A DNA stretch of 45,685 nucleotides from a virus. The stretch's first letter is position 1. Each line of letters begins with the position of its first letter. This document shows, one piece after another, positions 1 through 9,342 of this stretch. The DNA lies in IMG/VR virus record IMGVR_UViG_3300037692_000109, positions 1 through 45,685 of that record; one strand, given 5' to 3'. The notes under the pieces are model-generated. The model ran no database searches and had not been told where the DNA came from. It was given only the letters and a program-made list of their open reading frames with translations. The translations under genes were made by a program, and so were the position numbers.

Positions 1-127
1 ATCAGAGTGAATGGCGGTGTCCATCGCGTCTTCGAGGCCGCTTTCCGCCGCCTTCATGTACGATTTCAGGACCGGCTTGAGCTGGTTGGCACCCTGATTG
101 TTCAGGATTTCTTCCATGGTCAAGCTG
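1..127. repeat. Terminal direct repeat, copy 1 (identical to 45559..45685)
   Basis: Base-by-base comparison of the two window ends shows a 127/127 match. Confidence 0.95.
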
Positions 128-408
128 ATCGGAATCGCCACCATCTTCGGCGTGAAGTAGGCATCGTTGAACAGTTCGATGGGCGGGTTGTCCAGAAAAT
201 CATAGCCGGAATACCACTGGGCATCCTGCTTGGCGATCTGGAGGGTTTCGCGAATGCGGGGGCCTGAATATGACTCCCACAAACCTTTGCGCTTGAGCAC
301 GGCAAGAAGCGCGTTTCCGTTGGAAACGAGGTCTTGCCAAGCCGGGGAGCGTTCCTCAAGTGCCATAGACAGCACTTGCTGATAGTTCGCAACCGGATTA
401 ATCGGCAT
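1..408 (-). CDS. Major capsid protein, N-terminal 136 codons (continues in frame into 45558..44947 across the circular junction)
   Basis: ATG at 408 is preceded by AGGAGA. The translation MPINPVANYQQVLS...PISLTMEEIL joins the ORF at 44947..45681 in frame. The ORF track misses it because it runs off the window edge. Confidence 0.8.
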   Translation of the reverse strand, partial: MPINPVANYQQVLSMALEERSPAWQDLVSNGNALLAVLKRKGLWESYSGPRIRETLQIAKQDAQWYSGYDFLDNPPIELFNDAYFTPKMVAIPISLTMEEILNNQGANQLKPVLKSYMKAAESGLEDAMDTAIHSD

Positions 409-418
409 TGTTTATCTC

Positions 419-1570
419 CTAGCCCGCCTGCCCGAAGGCATGGTCAAGGGCTTCATCGAGGGATCGGGCAACGCGCTTTTTGCCTGCCGGGCTTGCGCCT
501 GAAGACGGAGCGCCGTTGATGGATTTTTGACCCTTGTCGGGTTGAATCGACAGGTCGGCCACCGGAGTTGTTGAAGCTACCGGTAGATTGGAAGTTTCAG
601 CTGGGGCGGGGTTGAGTCGCTCTGCCAGCGTATAGGCTTCCGAAAGGTCGTTCGTTCGGTTCTTGAGAAAGAACGCGATGTCGTCGGCTAATTCATCGAA
701 GCGCGGGTGTTGAGCCGCGAACGCCTCGACTTCCTTGGCCGTTGCCGTCTGTTGCTGCTTCTGGAACGTTTGCGTAACGCCGCCTACCTGTTCCTTGAGT
801 GCAGCTAATTCCTGTTTTAGTTCGCGAATGGTCGCGTCGGACCTTGACGCCTGTTCGTCCGGCGTCTGCCCCATGACATGCGCCGCAACGTCCTTGAACG
901 ACACGCCCATGCGTTGGCAGATGTTATCTAGACCGCCAACTAAATCTTTCTGGAGCAACTGCTCCATATTGTAATATTCGCGAAACACGGCATGGCCTTC
1001 TTTGCCGGAATGTTTCGCGATGTCGTCTAACTCTCGGTACGGTTCGTACCGCTCGGCGGCAGGACGATACTTTTCGACACCCTCGATAGCCTCCTTGTCC
1101 CGCCGTTCGGCAATGGCCTTCTGTTCTGGAGCCATTGTGGACCAAGCCGCCTTTTCGTGCGGCCTGATCCACTTTGGCGCTTCCTCGGCTGCCGGGCTCA
1201 GACCCCCCGCAGGCTTCGGAGCTACGGCAGTAACCTTAACGTCCGTAGACTCTGACGCGATTGCGTCCTTGGCTACAAACTTTCCGTTATCGCGCGGCTG
1301 CTCAGCCTTGGCCTCTTTCAGTTCCGGCTTGCTTTCGACCTTCGCCGGCTCTTTCGCTTTGGCCTCTGATTTCGCAATGGCGCGATCAATGCTGTCGTCC
1401 AGCGTCGGCGGCTTCTTCGGTTCGTTAACCTGGGCCTGCGCTTCGGGCGGGATTTGCGAGCCAAGCGGCTGTGTGAAATTAGCGCCCTCTCCAATGGGAG
1501 CGCCACCGACATCGGCAGGCATGGAAGGGCTATCGGCTGCCGCTGGTGCGGCTCCGTTCACATCTGACAT
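419..1570 (-). CDS. Putative scaffolding protein
   Basis: 383 aa, Ala/Lys/Glu-rich and predicted helical, lying between the portal and the capsid gene. AGGAAA RBS. Confidence 0.6.
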   Translation of the reverse strand: MSDVNGAAPAAADSPSMPADVGGAPIGEGANFTQPLGSQIPPEAQAQVNEPKKPPTLDDSIDRAIAKSEAKAKEPAKVESKPELKEAKAEQPRDNGKFVAKDAIASESTDVKVTAVAPKPAGGLSPAAEEAPKWIRPHEKAAWSTMAPEQKAIAERRDKEAIEGVEKYRPAAERYEPYRELDDIAKHSGKEGHAVFREYYNMEQLLQKDLVGGLDNICQRMGVSFKDVAAHVMGQTPDEQASRSDATIRELKQELAALKEQVGGVTQTFQKQQQTATAKEVEAFAAQHPRFDELADDIAFFLKNRTNDLSEAYTLAERLNPAPAETSNLPVASTTPVADLSIQPDKGQKSINGAPSSGASPAGKKRVARSLDEALDHAFGQAG

Positions 1571-1597
1571 TTAGATTTTCCTGTCTGAGAGGGTGCG

Positions 1598-1906
1598 TTA
1601 GGAAGCCCGCGCTATGGCCTTTTCAATCGCGTTATCGATCCCCGCGTCGTCCAACTTGCGCTTTACAGGCCGCTTGCGGGCCGGGTCGTTTCCAACCTCA
1701 ATGCAGCCATTAGCCTTAGTGACACGCCGGAACGTCGATTTGCTGCTGTAGTACTGCCCGTCGCATGGGTGCTCAACCGGCTCCATAATATCGCTAACGA
1801 TCATAGGGCATGGTAGCCCAGACCGCTGTACAGGCGTAACAACGTCCTTAGGCCCGCCCTTTTCGACAAGCTGACCGTTTCGCCAAACCCAAGCGCCTCT
1901 AATCAT
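1598..1906 (-). CDS. Hypothetical head-module protein
   Basis: 102 aa; the ATG overlaps the upstream stop (ATGA); located between portal and scaffold. Confidence 0.55.
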   Translation of the reverse strand: MIRGAWVWRNGQLVEKGGPKDVVTPVQRSGLPCPMIVSDIMEPVEHPCDGQYYSSKSTFRRVTKANGCIEVGNDPARKRPVKRKLDDAGIDNAIEKAIARAS

Positions 1907-2094
1907 GGAACGTATGCCGTGCCGTCTTGATTGAGCAGGACAACCGGAAGCCCGAACGCCGAAACAATCGTGACCGCCGTTCCTATATCGTTGTCGCCTA
2001 CCGTCATCGGCGTACCGATAGTACCGTTGACCACAGGAATGCCCCCGCTTGCGACGACTACAACGGGCACGCCCTGAAGGTCTGGAGTAGCCAT
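1903..2094 (-). CDS. Hypothetical small protein with three G-x-PVV repeats
   Basis: 63 aa; the start overlaps the portal stop (TAATG); Gly/Val/Pro-rich. Confidence 0.5.
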   Translation of the reverse strand: MATPDLQGVPVVVVASGGIPVVNGTIGTPMTVGDNDIGTAVTIVSAFGLPVVLLNQDGTAYVP

Positions 2095-4442
2095 TACGCC
2101 GGCTCCTTCTGTTTCATCGCGTCGGCTTTCATCGCCGTGGTTTTTTCCGTGGCCTGCACGCTAGCGTCCGTCGAGCGAATGGCGTTGTCGGTCTGCGTAT
2201 TGGTCTGCTCGATCTTGGCCTTGGTGGTTTCAACAGCGGCGGCCGTCTTGACATGTACGCCCTCGATCTCAAGCCTGAGCTTTTCAAGCTGGAGCACACC
2301 GATATCCATGTCCTGAGCGTGCTTCTGTTGCGCCTGATCGAGTTGCAGCGCGCCTAGTGACTGTTTGGCTTCCAGATCGGCGGCACGGGCATTTGCCGCG
2401 TCAACCGCTTCCTGCTCACGAATGCGCCGGTCAAGATCATCCTGAGCAGCCTTGCTCTGCGCTTCCTGAGCCAGCTTTTGTGCGTTCGCCTGCTTTTCCA
2501 TAGCATCCGCTTGCGCCAGTTGAGCGTCGGACTGCGCCTTAGCCTTAGTTGCCTCAGCGTCCACTGCGGCCTGCGCCTGTGCCGGATCGGGCGGCTTGGG
2601 CTGGCTGGCCAGCATTTTCATCTGGTCGGCAAATTCTTCGATAGCGCCTTCAAGGGTCCGGCCGGCGCGGAACTGGCTGGCAACGTATTTCAGGCCCTCG
2701 GCGGCAAGCGGTGCGAGTTGCGGCATAAGCTGAAGCTGCGGGCCAACCTGATTGATATAGCCGCCCATCGCCGTCATGAACTCGGTCGCGCGCTGCTTGG
2801 TGGCGTTCTCGTCAGGCGCAATGGTCGAGTCCGTCTCGATATCCAGCACGAACGGACGTACCCGCTGATCCCTGAGCAGCCTCATGACCTTTTCGACGGT
2901 CGGGCGTTCGTTTAATTCCTCGATTTGTTTCTTCAGTGCATCGGCCTGTTGCTTGGCCTGCGCCAGCATTTGTTGCGCCTGCTCAGGATTGGCCTGGGCC
3001 TGCTGCATCATCTCCGGGTTGGCCTTGGCCTGCTCTACCTGCTGCACAATGCCCATGATCTGCGCTTCTAGCGGCTTGACATGGGCGGCTATGTCGGCAT
3101 CCGTCTCAATCTCAAGCTGGGACATTTCCAGCATGGTCTTGGGCGTGAAGTTTTCCGCCATGACCTCGGCGCTGATCCGCACCAGATCGCGGGCGAACCG
3201 CGCCAATTCGTTCTGCCGGTCACGAATACGGACAGAACCGTATTGGCTCTTAAGCTCCTGTGCACCCAGCGTTTCGTTGGCGTCGGTCGAACCGCGCATG
3301 ATATCGGACAGCCCGGTGATTTCGTACACATCGGCTATCAGTTGCTTGCGAAGCTCGACAAGCTGGACAATCGTGGTCGCGATCTGATCAATCGGTAGCC
3401 AAACGATCATGTCCTTGACGCCGCCCTGGCCAACCATCGCCCAATTGGAAATCGGGACGAGAACCTGATTGTTGGTCGTGGACTTGATCGCGGCTTCTAT
3501 CGCATCGGCAATCTCGCCAGCGCCGGCTGGATAGAAACCCCTTACCTGCAAGGCGTCTGACAGCGCCCCAATGCGGGCCGTCAGTTCGTTAATTTCCTCC
3601 AGTTGGTCCTTGTAGAACAGCATATCCGGCACAGGGACGAGCGAGCGCCGCTGTACCGTCGCATAGGCCGGGCGCGGGCACGGGAAAAATCCTTCAAGCT
3701 TTAAATGCGGCTCACCCTCGTCAAGAACAACGTCAACGCCTTCGCTAACCCAGATAACCTTATCTTTGGTCTTGGACCAGATTTCCCAAGCCTTCGCCTT
3801 TAGTTCGCTTTCCTCTAGGCCGTCATCGTCTTTCCGCTTTTCGTAAGCGGCATCCAAATATGCCTTGCCGGAGGTTTTAGCGAACCGCTTACGCATCGCT
3901 TTTTTTGTCAGATAGGACGCCTTGGCGACCCAAGGAACCTCTTTCCATGTCCGCGCTACGCCGTGCAGGAAGTCCTTGCGGTCGGCGTGGTCAATGCAAA
4001 CCTTCTGACCATATTCGGTGTCGTATCGAACCCAACCTGCCCCACGGGCAACAACAGTGAGATCATCGCGGACCTGACGCATAACGGCGTCGATGTCCTC
4101 AAGCTCGAACCCAACAACAGTGCATCGCTCCAGAAGTTCTGACGCCATGCGCGGAACAGGCCGGCGATCCTTGAACCTGGGAACGACAACCGGAATCGGC
4201 GGGCGGGAATAAATAGACGGCCCTAGAACCTGGATATTGGCCCAGAACATCTGGAACTGACGGTCGCGATTGTCGTTCGCCAATGTGCTGAGGTTTGCAT
4301 AGAGCTTATCGAGGCTATCGGCTTTCTTCTGCCAGTCCTCGTAGGCTTTTTCAGCCTCATCGATTTGAGCCAGCCAATAGCGGGAGGCGTTAGGCTTGTC
4401 GCCTTGATATTCCTCCTCCTCTGTGGCCGGATCGTCGCTCAT
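2094..4442 (-). CDS. Portal protein with a long C-terminal Gln/Ala-rich helical extension
   Basis: 782 aa directly downstream of TerL (ATGA overlap). Position and size fit a portal, and the last roughly 170 aa are low-complexity and helical. Confidence 0.85.
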   Translation of the reverse strand: MSDDPATEEEEYQGDKPNASRYWLAQIDEAEKAYEDWQKKADSLDKLYANLSTLANDNRDRQFQMFWANIQVLGPSIYSRPPIPVVVPRFKDRRPVPRMASELLERCTVVGFELEDIDAVMRQVRDDLTVVARGAGWVRYDTEYGQKVCIDHADRKDFLHGVARTWKEVPWVAKASYLTKKAMRKRFAKTSGKAYLDAAYEKRKDDDGLEESELKAKAWEIWSKTKDKVIWVSEGVDVVLDEGEPHLKLEGFFPCPRPAYATVQRRSLVPVPDMLFYKDQLEEINELTARIGALSDALQVRGFYPAGAGEIADAIEAAIKSTTNNQVLVPISNWAMVGQGGVKDMIVWLPIDQIATTIVQLVELRKQLIADVYEITGLSDIMRGSTDANETLGAQELKSQYGSVRIRDRQNELARFARDLVRISAEVMAENFTPKTMLEMSQLEIETDADIAAHVKPLEAQIMGIVQQVEQAKANPEMMQQAQANPEQAQQMLAQAKQQADALKKQIEELNERPTVEKVMRLLRDQRVRPFVLDIETDSTIAPDENATKQRATEFMTAMGGYINQVGPQLQLMPQLAPLAAEGLKYVASQFRAGRTLEGAIEEFADQMKMLASQPKPPDPAQAQAAVDAEATKAKAQSDAQLAQADAMEKQANAQKLAQEAQSKAAQDDLDRRIREQEAVDAANARAADLEAKQSLGALQLDQAQQKHAQDMDIGVLQLEKLRLEIEGVHVKTAAAVETTKAKIEQTNTQTDNAIRSTDASVQATEKTTAMKADAMKQKEPA

Positions 4443-5782
4443 ACCTTGATCCTTCGGCCATTCGGTTCATGTACCGGCGGCGGGATGAACTGGCCGGGCT
4501 TGGGCACCTTGACCGGCTCGGGAATAACAACAGGCACCGTTCGCCACGCCATCGCCAGATATCGAAATGCGTCAGCCAAGTGCGATGTCCAGTCGTGAAC
4601 TTCGCTCGCTCTAAACGTCTTTTTCTCGTCGTCCCATTCGCGCCGGTACTGCTCAAGAGCCGCTATGCCCTTTTCCTCGGTGCGAGGATGAAACACGCAT
4701 CGCTTCAGTGTTGACCGCGCCGCCTGTATGCCGTCAAGCTTGCCAGCCATCGGCACTAGCTGCGGCCTCAGATGGAATTGCTCCATCGTCTCAACGCGCG
4801 TTCGCCCGGTGCCCCATTCCTTGACCTTCGCGTCGTGAGGGACAAAATCTTTGCCGGGCAAATACGGCTTGGCGTGAACGATATCGGCGTAATGCTCAAC
4901 GCCAACACCTGATGCCGTGTAGCAGTCGAGAATGTGGACCTTTGTCCCAACAACCTGAAACCACCAGATGCTAGTATCGTCACGAACGCCGATATCCCAT
5001 GCCCTGTGAACAGGCTGACCAGCCACAGGCTTGATCGCGTCTATGCGGCCCTCATTGCGAACCGCCAGCATCTCACGGGCGTAGAACGCGCCCAGGATCG
5101 CGGCATTAAAGCTGCACAGGTATTCCTGCTCGAACTGAGCGCGGCCCATGTCCTCGCCGTACAGCGCCGTGTATTCCTCGATTGTTTCGGCTAGTTGCTC
5201 TGGCGATAGAGCCCCGGTGTCATGCACCGTCGAGATTTCAGCAAACCAGCGCGGATTGTCCCGCGCCATGTCATACATCGCCTTGGCGTGATTACGGCCT
5301 CTTGGCGTGGTGATGAACGCCGCCCAACCGTTGTTTTCCTCCAGCATCGGCCGGTGATAGGCCCATGCGCTCGGATTGGCCAAAGCCCATTCCGAATAGA
5401 CAATCCCGGCCACACCAGCGCCGACCGTAGCGTCGTATCGGTCAGACCCGATGATTTGCCACGTAGAGCCGCATTTGAGCTTGATGAACATTTTTTGTTC
5501 ATCCTTGCTCTCGCGTATCTCAGGCGGGAAAGCTTCGTCTATCCTGCGCTTTCCGGTGTGCGCGTTGATCGAATCCCATAGAGCCTTTCGGCCTTGTTCG
5601 TACTCAGGCAGGCAATGCCAGTATGACGCAACCCGTTGATGTGCCAGCTCGCAACTGGCCATCAATGTGATTTCGTCCTTGCCCCAACGACGATGGGCGA
5701 TCTCAATTGCTCGCTTGCCGCCACCTACTAGGTATTCATGAAATGGCCGCTGATACCAGCGTACCCGCCGCTCAACTTCCAC
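4439..5782 (-). CDS. terL: Terminase large subunit
   Basis: 447 aa with a GTG start. Terminase-like ATPase and nuclease architecture (HRRWGKDE Walker-like region, FEQEYLCSF) and the expected position after TerS. Confidence 0.9.
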   Translation of the reverse strand: MEVERRVRWYQRPFHEYLVGGGKRAIEIAHRRWGKDEITLMASCELAHQRVASYWHCLPEYEQGRKALWDSINAHTGKRRIDEAFPPEIRESKDEQKMFIKLKCGSTWQIIGSDRYDATVGAGVAGIVYSEWALANPSAWAYHRPMLEENNGWAAFITTPRGRNHAKAMYDMARDNPRWFAEISTVHDTGALSPEQLAETIEEYTALYGEDMGRAQFEQEYLCSFNAAILGAFYAREMLAVRNEGRIDAIKPVAGQPVHRAWDIGVRDDTSIWWFQVVGTKVHILDCYTASGVGVEHYADIVHAKPYLPGKDFVPHDAKVKEWGTGRTRVETMEQFHLRPQLVPMAGKLDGIQAARSTLKRCVFHPRTEEKGIAALEQYRREWDDEKKTFRASEVHDWTSHLADAFRYLAMAWRTVPVVIPEPVKVPKPGQFIPPPVHEPNGRRIKV

Positions 5783-6326
5783 TGCGCTTTTCGTAAAGAG
5801 TGTTGAACGTCACCGGAACATTGCCAGAAACTTCCAGCTTGTCCTTAAACATTCCAAGGTGCTTACCGAGATCAACGAGCGCGGCGCGCTTATCGTGAAG
5901 CTTTAGACTTAACCCGCCAGTTGGGCTCTGCTTTACCTCAGCAATAGCTCCAGCCGTATCATCGTCAAGATCAGCAGCACTAATCAGCCGAACGTGGCTA
6001 GAATGGATATGCTTGATCACCAGCACGTCGCCGCCGTCCGGGTTGTCCTCCTCGGTGACCAATACGCCAGACCAATCGACGGCCTTCCGTATGTCAGCAA
6101 AGCCAATCTTGGCTAATTCGGTAACCACACGCTCGATTGTGACCCCACATTTAGCGGCTGCTAAACTTGTGATTTCCTGTACACGGTCCTGTACTTTCGT
6201 CGAAAGTTTACTGGCGTTCCCATCATCCGGCTTATAGCCAACACGGACATAGGCTTCTGAAGCCGATACCCCTTTGGCTAACTCTTGGGCGAATAGCTCA
6301 TGCTTGGCGTTCTTGAGAACTGCCAT
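5772..6326 (-). CDS. terS: Terminase small subunit (Terminase_2/P27-like)
   Basis: N-terminus NAKHELFAQELAKGVSASEAYVRVGY is typical of this family; lies directly upstream of terL. Confidence 0.8.
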   Translation of the reverse strand: MAVLKNAKHELFAQELAKGVSASEAYVRVGYKPDDGNASKLSTKVQDRVQEITSLAAAKCGVTIERVVTELAKIGFADIRKAVDWSGVLVTEEDNPDGGDVLVIKHIHSSHVRLISAADLDDDTAGAIAEVKQSPTGGLSLKLHDKRAALVDLGKHLGMFKDKLEVSGNVPVTFNTLYEKRSGS

Positions 6327-6335
6327 ATTGTCGGC

Positions 6336-6560
6336 TCAGAGCGTTTGAGGCTCTGTCCCTGGTGTGTTTTGTGATGCAACCAGCCCAAGCTCTCTGACAA
6401 TTGCCGGGTGCATATCCTCGCCTGCGAGGGGCGTTGACCCGTCCGCCAACCGGAAGAAACTGACCCATAGGACATCGCCTGGGTTCAAATCGCGCGTTAG
6501 CGTGGCAATGAGCGTTCCGTCATGGTCGCGGAACTCGTGACCGGCCTTTACTGTGCTCAT
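6336..6560 (-). CDS. Hypothetical protein
   Basis: 74-aa ORF, first in the late operon. No clear RBS. Confidence 0.35.
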   Translation of the reverse strand: MSTVKAGHEFRDHDGTLIATLTRDLNPGDVLWVSFFRLADGSTPLAGEDMHPAIVRELGLVASQNTPGTEPQTL

Positions 6561-6572
6561 GGTATTGAGCTG

Positions 6573-6648
6573 AAAAACCGCCGCCCATTTGCGAGCGGCT
6601 AGTTGGGAGGGTACAACGAAAAACCCGCTCCGATCTCTCGGGCGGGTT
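6573..6648 (-). terminator. Tandem intrinsic terminators ending the leftward early operon
   Basis: Minus strand: AACCCGC-13 nt-GCGGGTT followed by TTTTT (6619..6648), then GCCGC-10 nt-GCGGC followed by GGTTTTT (6573..6599). The first starts 13 nt after the stop at 6661. Confidence 0.6.
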
Positions 6649-6660
6649 CTCGCAAATCAG

Positions 6661-7257
6661 TCAGCGTATATTTCGGTAATTCAGTCTGATTTTGTCCCGC
6701 ATGTCAAGAGCTAGTGCCTTTGTGCACATTCCACGCACAAGCATTAGCCAGATCAGTGAATATCTCATGGGTCCAATCATGCCGTCCGGGCAAAGCTGGT
6801 CATAGACCGCTACCCGCTTTAAAGCCATTGCGCCTCGCTGTCCGCCGCCTTCCTCGACTGCTTCGTAGGCTTCATTATAAGCTGACTTTCGACGGTCAGC
6901 CTCGTCTGCGCTGAATTCAAACGGTTGCCCCTTTGACTTTGGCTCGCCCGTGCAGCTCGGCATGTTGGCTTTTGGAGCATTGATGATGGCCAAATATCGC
7001 CCGACAACTCCGCGATAGTATACGCCGGCGTCCCATTCCAGATCGGTGATTAGGCCGTTTAAGTTATAGCGCCCTAGGACGCTTTCGGCCTTAGGATCGT
7101 GTGCAAATTGCCTTGGAACACCCAGCCTGTGAGGCATCCTTAGCGCGATAATCTTAGGATCATCCGTCTTTTGACGCACTAGCTGGCCTCCGGGCCGCCT
7201 CGAACCTGCTTTACGCTTACGCCCTCGACGCTCGATCTTTAGGGCCGTTAGATTCAT
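6661..7257 (-). CDS. Hypothetical early protein with a basic N-terminus
   Basis: Start trimmed to the ATG at 7257 (AAGGAA RBS), which removes the overlap with 7268..7663. 198 aa. Confidence 0.55.
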   Translation of the reverse strand: MNLTALKIERRGRKRKAGSRRPGGQLVRQKTDDPKIIALRMPHRLGVPRQFAHDPKAESVLGRYNLNGLITDLEWDAGVYYRGVVGRYLAIINAPKANMPSCTGEPKSKGQPFEFSADEADRRKSAYNEAYEAVEEGGGQRGAMALKRVAVYDQLCPDGMIGPMRYSLIWLMLVRGMCTKALALDMRDKIRLNYRNIR

Positions 7258-7267
7258 GGGGTTTCCT

Positions 7268-7663
7268 TCAATTGCCAAACCAATCGTCAAACCCGGCTTC
7301 GGCCCGCTCAGATGCAGTTCCAAGCGGGCCGTAGTCAGCCGCAGCGATAGTTCCACAGCCGAGGTGTGGCGGCTCGCCAGTAAGGTTGCCAGCCCTGCCG
7401 CCATCCGACGCCGTTAATGGTTCGACATCGGAATTACGTTCGCGCTCCCAAATCTCCATAAGCGCGTCTTCAATCCTGTCCCGGTTCACCTGACAGACAA
7501 GGTCGCAGATGACCCGCTTCGATAGCGAATTGACCAGCGTCGTTGCCTTGTCATTGCGCGGCTTGTACCAATCGACAGCGTCGACAATCGACGGATGCTC
7601 TTTGCAAAACCCACGAATTTGCCCTTCAACGATAGGCCTAATCACCTTTTCTAACGGGTCCAT
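7268..7663 (-). CDS. Hypothetical early protein
   Basis: 131 aa, tightly packed in the early-left operon. Confidence 0.55.
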   Translation of the reverse strand: MDPLEKVIRPIVEGQIRGFCKEHPSIVDAVDWYKPRNDKATTLVNSLSKRVICDLVCQVNRDRIEDALMEIWERERNSDVEPLTASDGGRAGNLTGEPPHLGCGTIAAADYGPLGTASERAEAGFDDWFGN

Positions 7664-7666
7664 GCG

Positions 7667-8128
7667 CTACGCCTTAATTCCAAGCTTCTCGGCACATCGC
7701 TTCCTATATTTTACGTTCGGATTAGGTGCCGTGATTTTGATTTGCTCCCGGTAGACCTTGACCCATTCCGAAATTGAACTACCCGCAATGACACGGGCCG
7801 CGACCTGATCCATAACCGGTTGCCATTTTCTACAGGCATATAAAACTGTCGTATGCTCCCGCCCACCAATAGCGCGGCCGATTACCGGCAAGCTCTTGAG
7901 CGTCAAGTGCTTGGCCAATGACATTGCTATTTGCCTTGGCAGAACAATGTTATTAGTTTTCCGATCGGATTCGAGATCGTTCTTGCGAATATCGAATTGC
8001 CGGCAAACCTCTTTCACGATGTCGCTAATCGCACATGTCGGAGCGATGATAAGCCAGTCTCGCTCATTAAAAACCGGTACTTTTTCCACGCTTTCAACAG
8101 GGTTGCTTGTAAAACTATTCAGGCTCAT
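7667..8128 (-). CDS. DnaA domain IV (DNA-binding domain)-only protein
   Basis: LPRQIAMSLAKHLTLKSLPVIGRAIGGREHTTVLYACRK closely resembles the DnaA C-terminal HTH (RQ.AM.LAKELT..SLPEIG..FGGRDHTTVLHA.RK). The AAA+ domain is absent. Confidence 0.75.
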   Translation of the reverse strand: MSLNSFTSNPVESVEKVPVFNERDWLIIAPTCAISDIVKEVCRQFDIRKNDLESDRKTNNIVLPRQIAMSLAKHLTLKSLPVIGRAIGGREHTTVLYACRKWQPVMDQVAARVIAGSSISEWVKVYREQIKITAPNPNVKYRKRCAEKLGIKA

Positions 8129-8604
8129 GCCGCCCTCCCGATATAAACGGCGCGATCAGGCTTCCAATAACAAATCCTTCTATGAGCTTCGCAATAGCTC
8201 GATCCATCCCGGCGCGGCTGGCCGCAGAACAGCATGTTTCTGCCGTCGCCTTCCGGGTACATGCAAGTTTTTTGGGTGGTTTCAGAAAACGGAATGCCGA
8301 GAAAGTCGGCAGGCGGTAGCGCTTCCTCGAATAAATAAGAAACCTTTGCATGTCTGAGGCGTCTGTTCCTTGGTTTTCTTGGCCTGGAAGTTTTTTTCCC
8401 AGAGTGGGGCTGTCGTTCAACGACTGGCTTTGAAAGTTCCATGCGGCTCATTTTGCTGATTACCGCGTTGCGCGAGAACCGTGAAGCGGTGGCCAAGTTA
8501 ATTTCCGTGGCAATCTCGCTGGCGGAAATCACCCCCTCACAAAGCTGTTTTAGGAGTTCGACCCGCTCGCTAGTCCATGCAGATTTTTCAGCGGCTACCG
8601 GCAT
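8125..8604 (-). CDS. gcrA: GcrA-like cell-cycle regulator homologue
   Basis: N-terminal WTSERVELLKQL...SASEIA...RNAVISK plus a C-terminal Cys/His module (CMYPEGDG..FCGQP...YCEAHRRICY), as in GcrA. Confidence 0.8.
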   Translation of the reverse strand: MPVAAEKSAWTSERVELLKQLCEGVISASEIATEINLATASRFSRNAVISKMSRMELSKPVVERQPHSGKKTSRPRKPRNRRLRHAKVSYLFEEALPPADFLGIPFSETTQKTCMYPEGDGRNMLFCGQPRRDGSSYCEAHRRICYWKPDRAVYIGRAA

Positions 8605-8791
8605 TCTTGGACCCCAATGTTTTCAACAGTGACGGTGAAACTCCACGGGCCGGGTCGATCCCCTCCCGTAGACATTCGCGGACGAAAAACTCCCGCCCAG
8701 ATATAATCCGGCGCTCGGCAGCGGCTTTCATTCGCTTTTCGATCTCAGCTTCGGATTCCGATAGGTTAATTTTGTTGGCGTATTTGCTCAT
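8588..8791 (-). CDS. Hypothetical small protein
   Basis: 67 aa, with an ATGA overlap to the upstream gene. Confidence 0.45.
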   Translation of the reverse strand: MSKYANKINLSESEAEIEKRMKAAAERRIISGREFFVRECLREGIDPARGVSPSLLKTLGSKNAGSR

Positions 8792-9342
8792 CGGATGTCC
8801 CCTATTTTTCGAAGTCCCTTTTCTCGAAACAACGCTTGCAGCTCGCTACGGCCAACGTCGCTTGGACGCTTTTCGGTTTCCAAACGCCTTTCCCCAACTT
8901 CTGAAGTAGTAAGGGAAATGGATGTGTTATGTAGTGTAGCATCGGGGAGCATTGCATCAGCATTGCTCCCGTTATGCTCAGAGCATCCATCTCTTTGATT
9001 ATTCTTGCCTTTGGCCCAACGTACCGTTGCAGCCTCCTTTGCTTGCCGACTACGCTTTGCTGCCAGCATGCTCTGAGCATGAAGCTCCCGGTCGCACCTT
9101 TTGTGGAACAATTTGCCGTCGCGGCTCTTGAAGAACGCGCGCACGACCTCCCGATGCTCGCCCCACTCTTGCGCCGTCACACGAGCTATTCCGGCGAGAG
9201 CCAAATCATGATCAGGCAGGGGCTTCCTGGTGATCATGTATTCGTCAATCAGCCGGCGATAAATCCCGTCTGCCGCAGCGCCTAAATGATAGGTGTCGCG
9301 TCGAAACTCGTTCGGATAAAAGGAGTACCAGTCGAAACTCAC
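8788..9342 (-). CDS. DUF1376 (YdaU-like) replication-associated protein
   Basis: N-terminus W..FYPNEFRRDTYHL...GIYRRLIDEYM..RKPLP matches the DUF1376 pattern. The GTG start overlaps the upstream stop. Confidence 0.75.
   Translation of the reverse strand: MSFDWYSFYPNEFRRDTYHLGAAADGIYRRLIDEYMITRKPLPDHDLALAGIARVTAQEWGEHREVVRAFFKSRDGKLFHKRCDRELHAQSMLAAKRSRQAKEAATVRWAKGKNNQRDGCSEHNGSNADAMLPDATLHNTSISLTTSEVGERRLETEKRPSDVGRSELQALFREKGLRKIGDIR

Noticed and set aside
1-127. The 127-bp terminal repeat as a biological direct terminal repeat or LTR
   Set aside because: It lies inside the capsid coding sequence, and the ORF is continuous across the junction. The length equals a common assembler k-mer, so it is best explained as a circular-assembly overlap. 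This remains an inference until reads are examined.
6661-7404. Full 247-aa version of this ORF
   Set aside because: The N-terminal 49 codons overlap the 3' end of 7268..7663. An internal ATG at 7257 has an AAGGAA RBS and removes the overlap, so the shorter CDS is reported.
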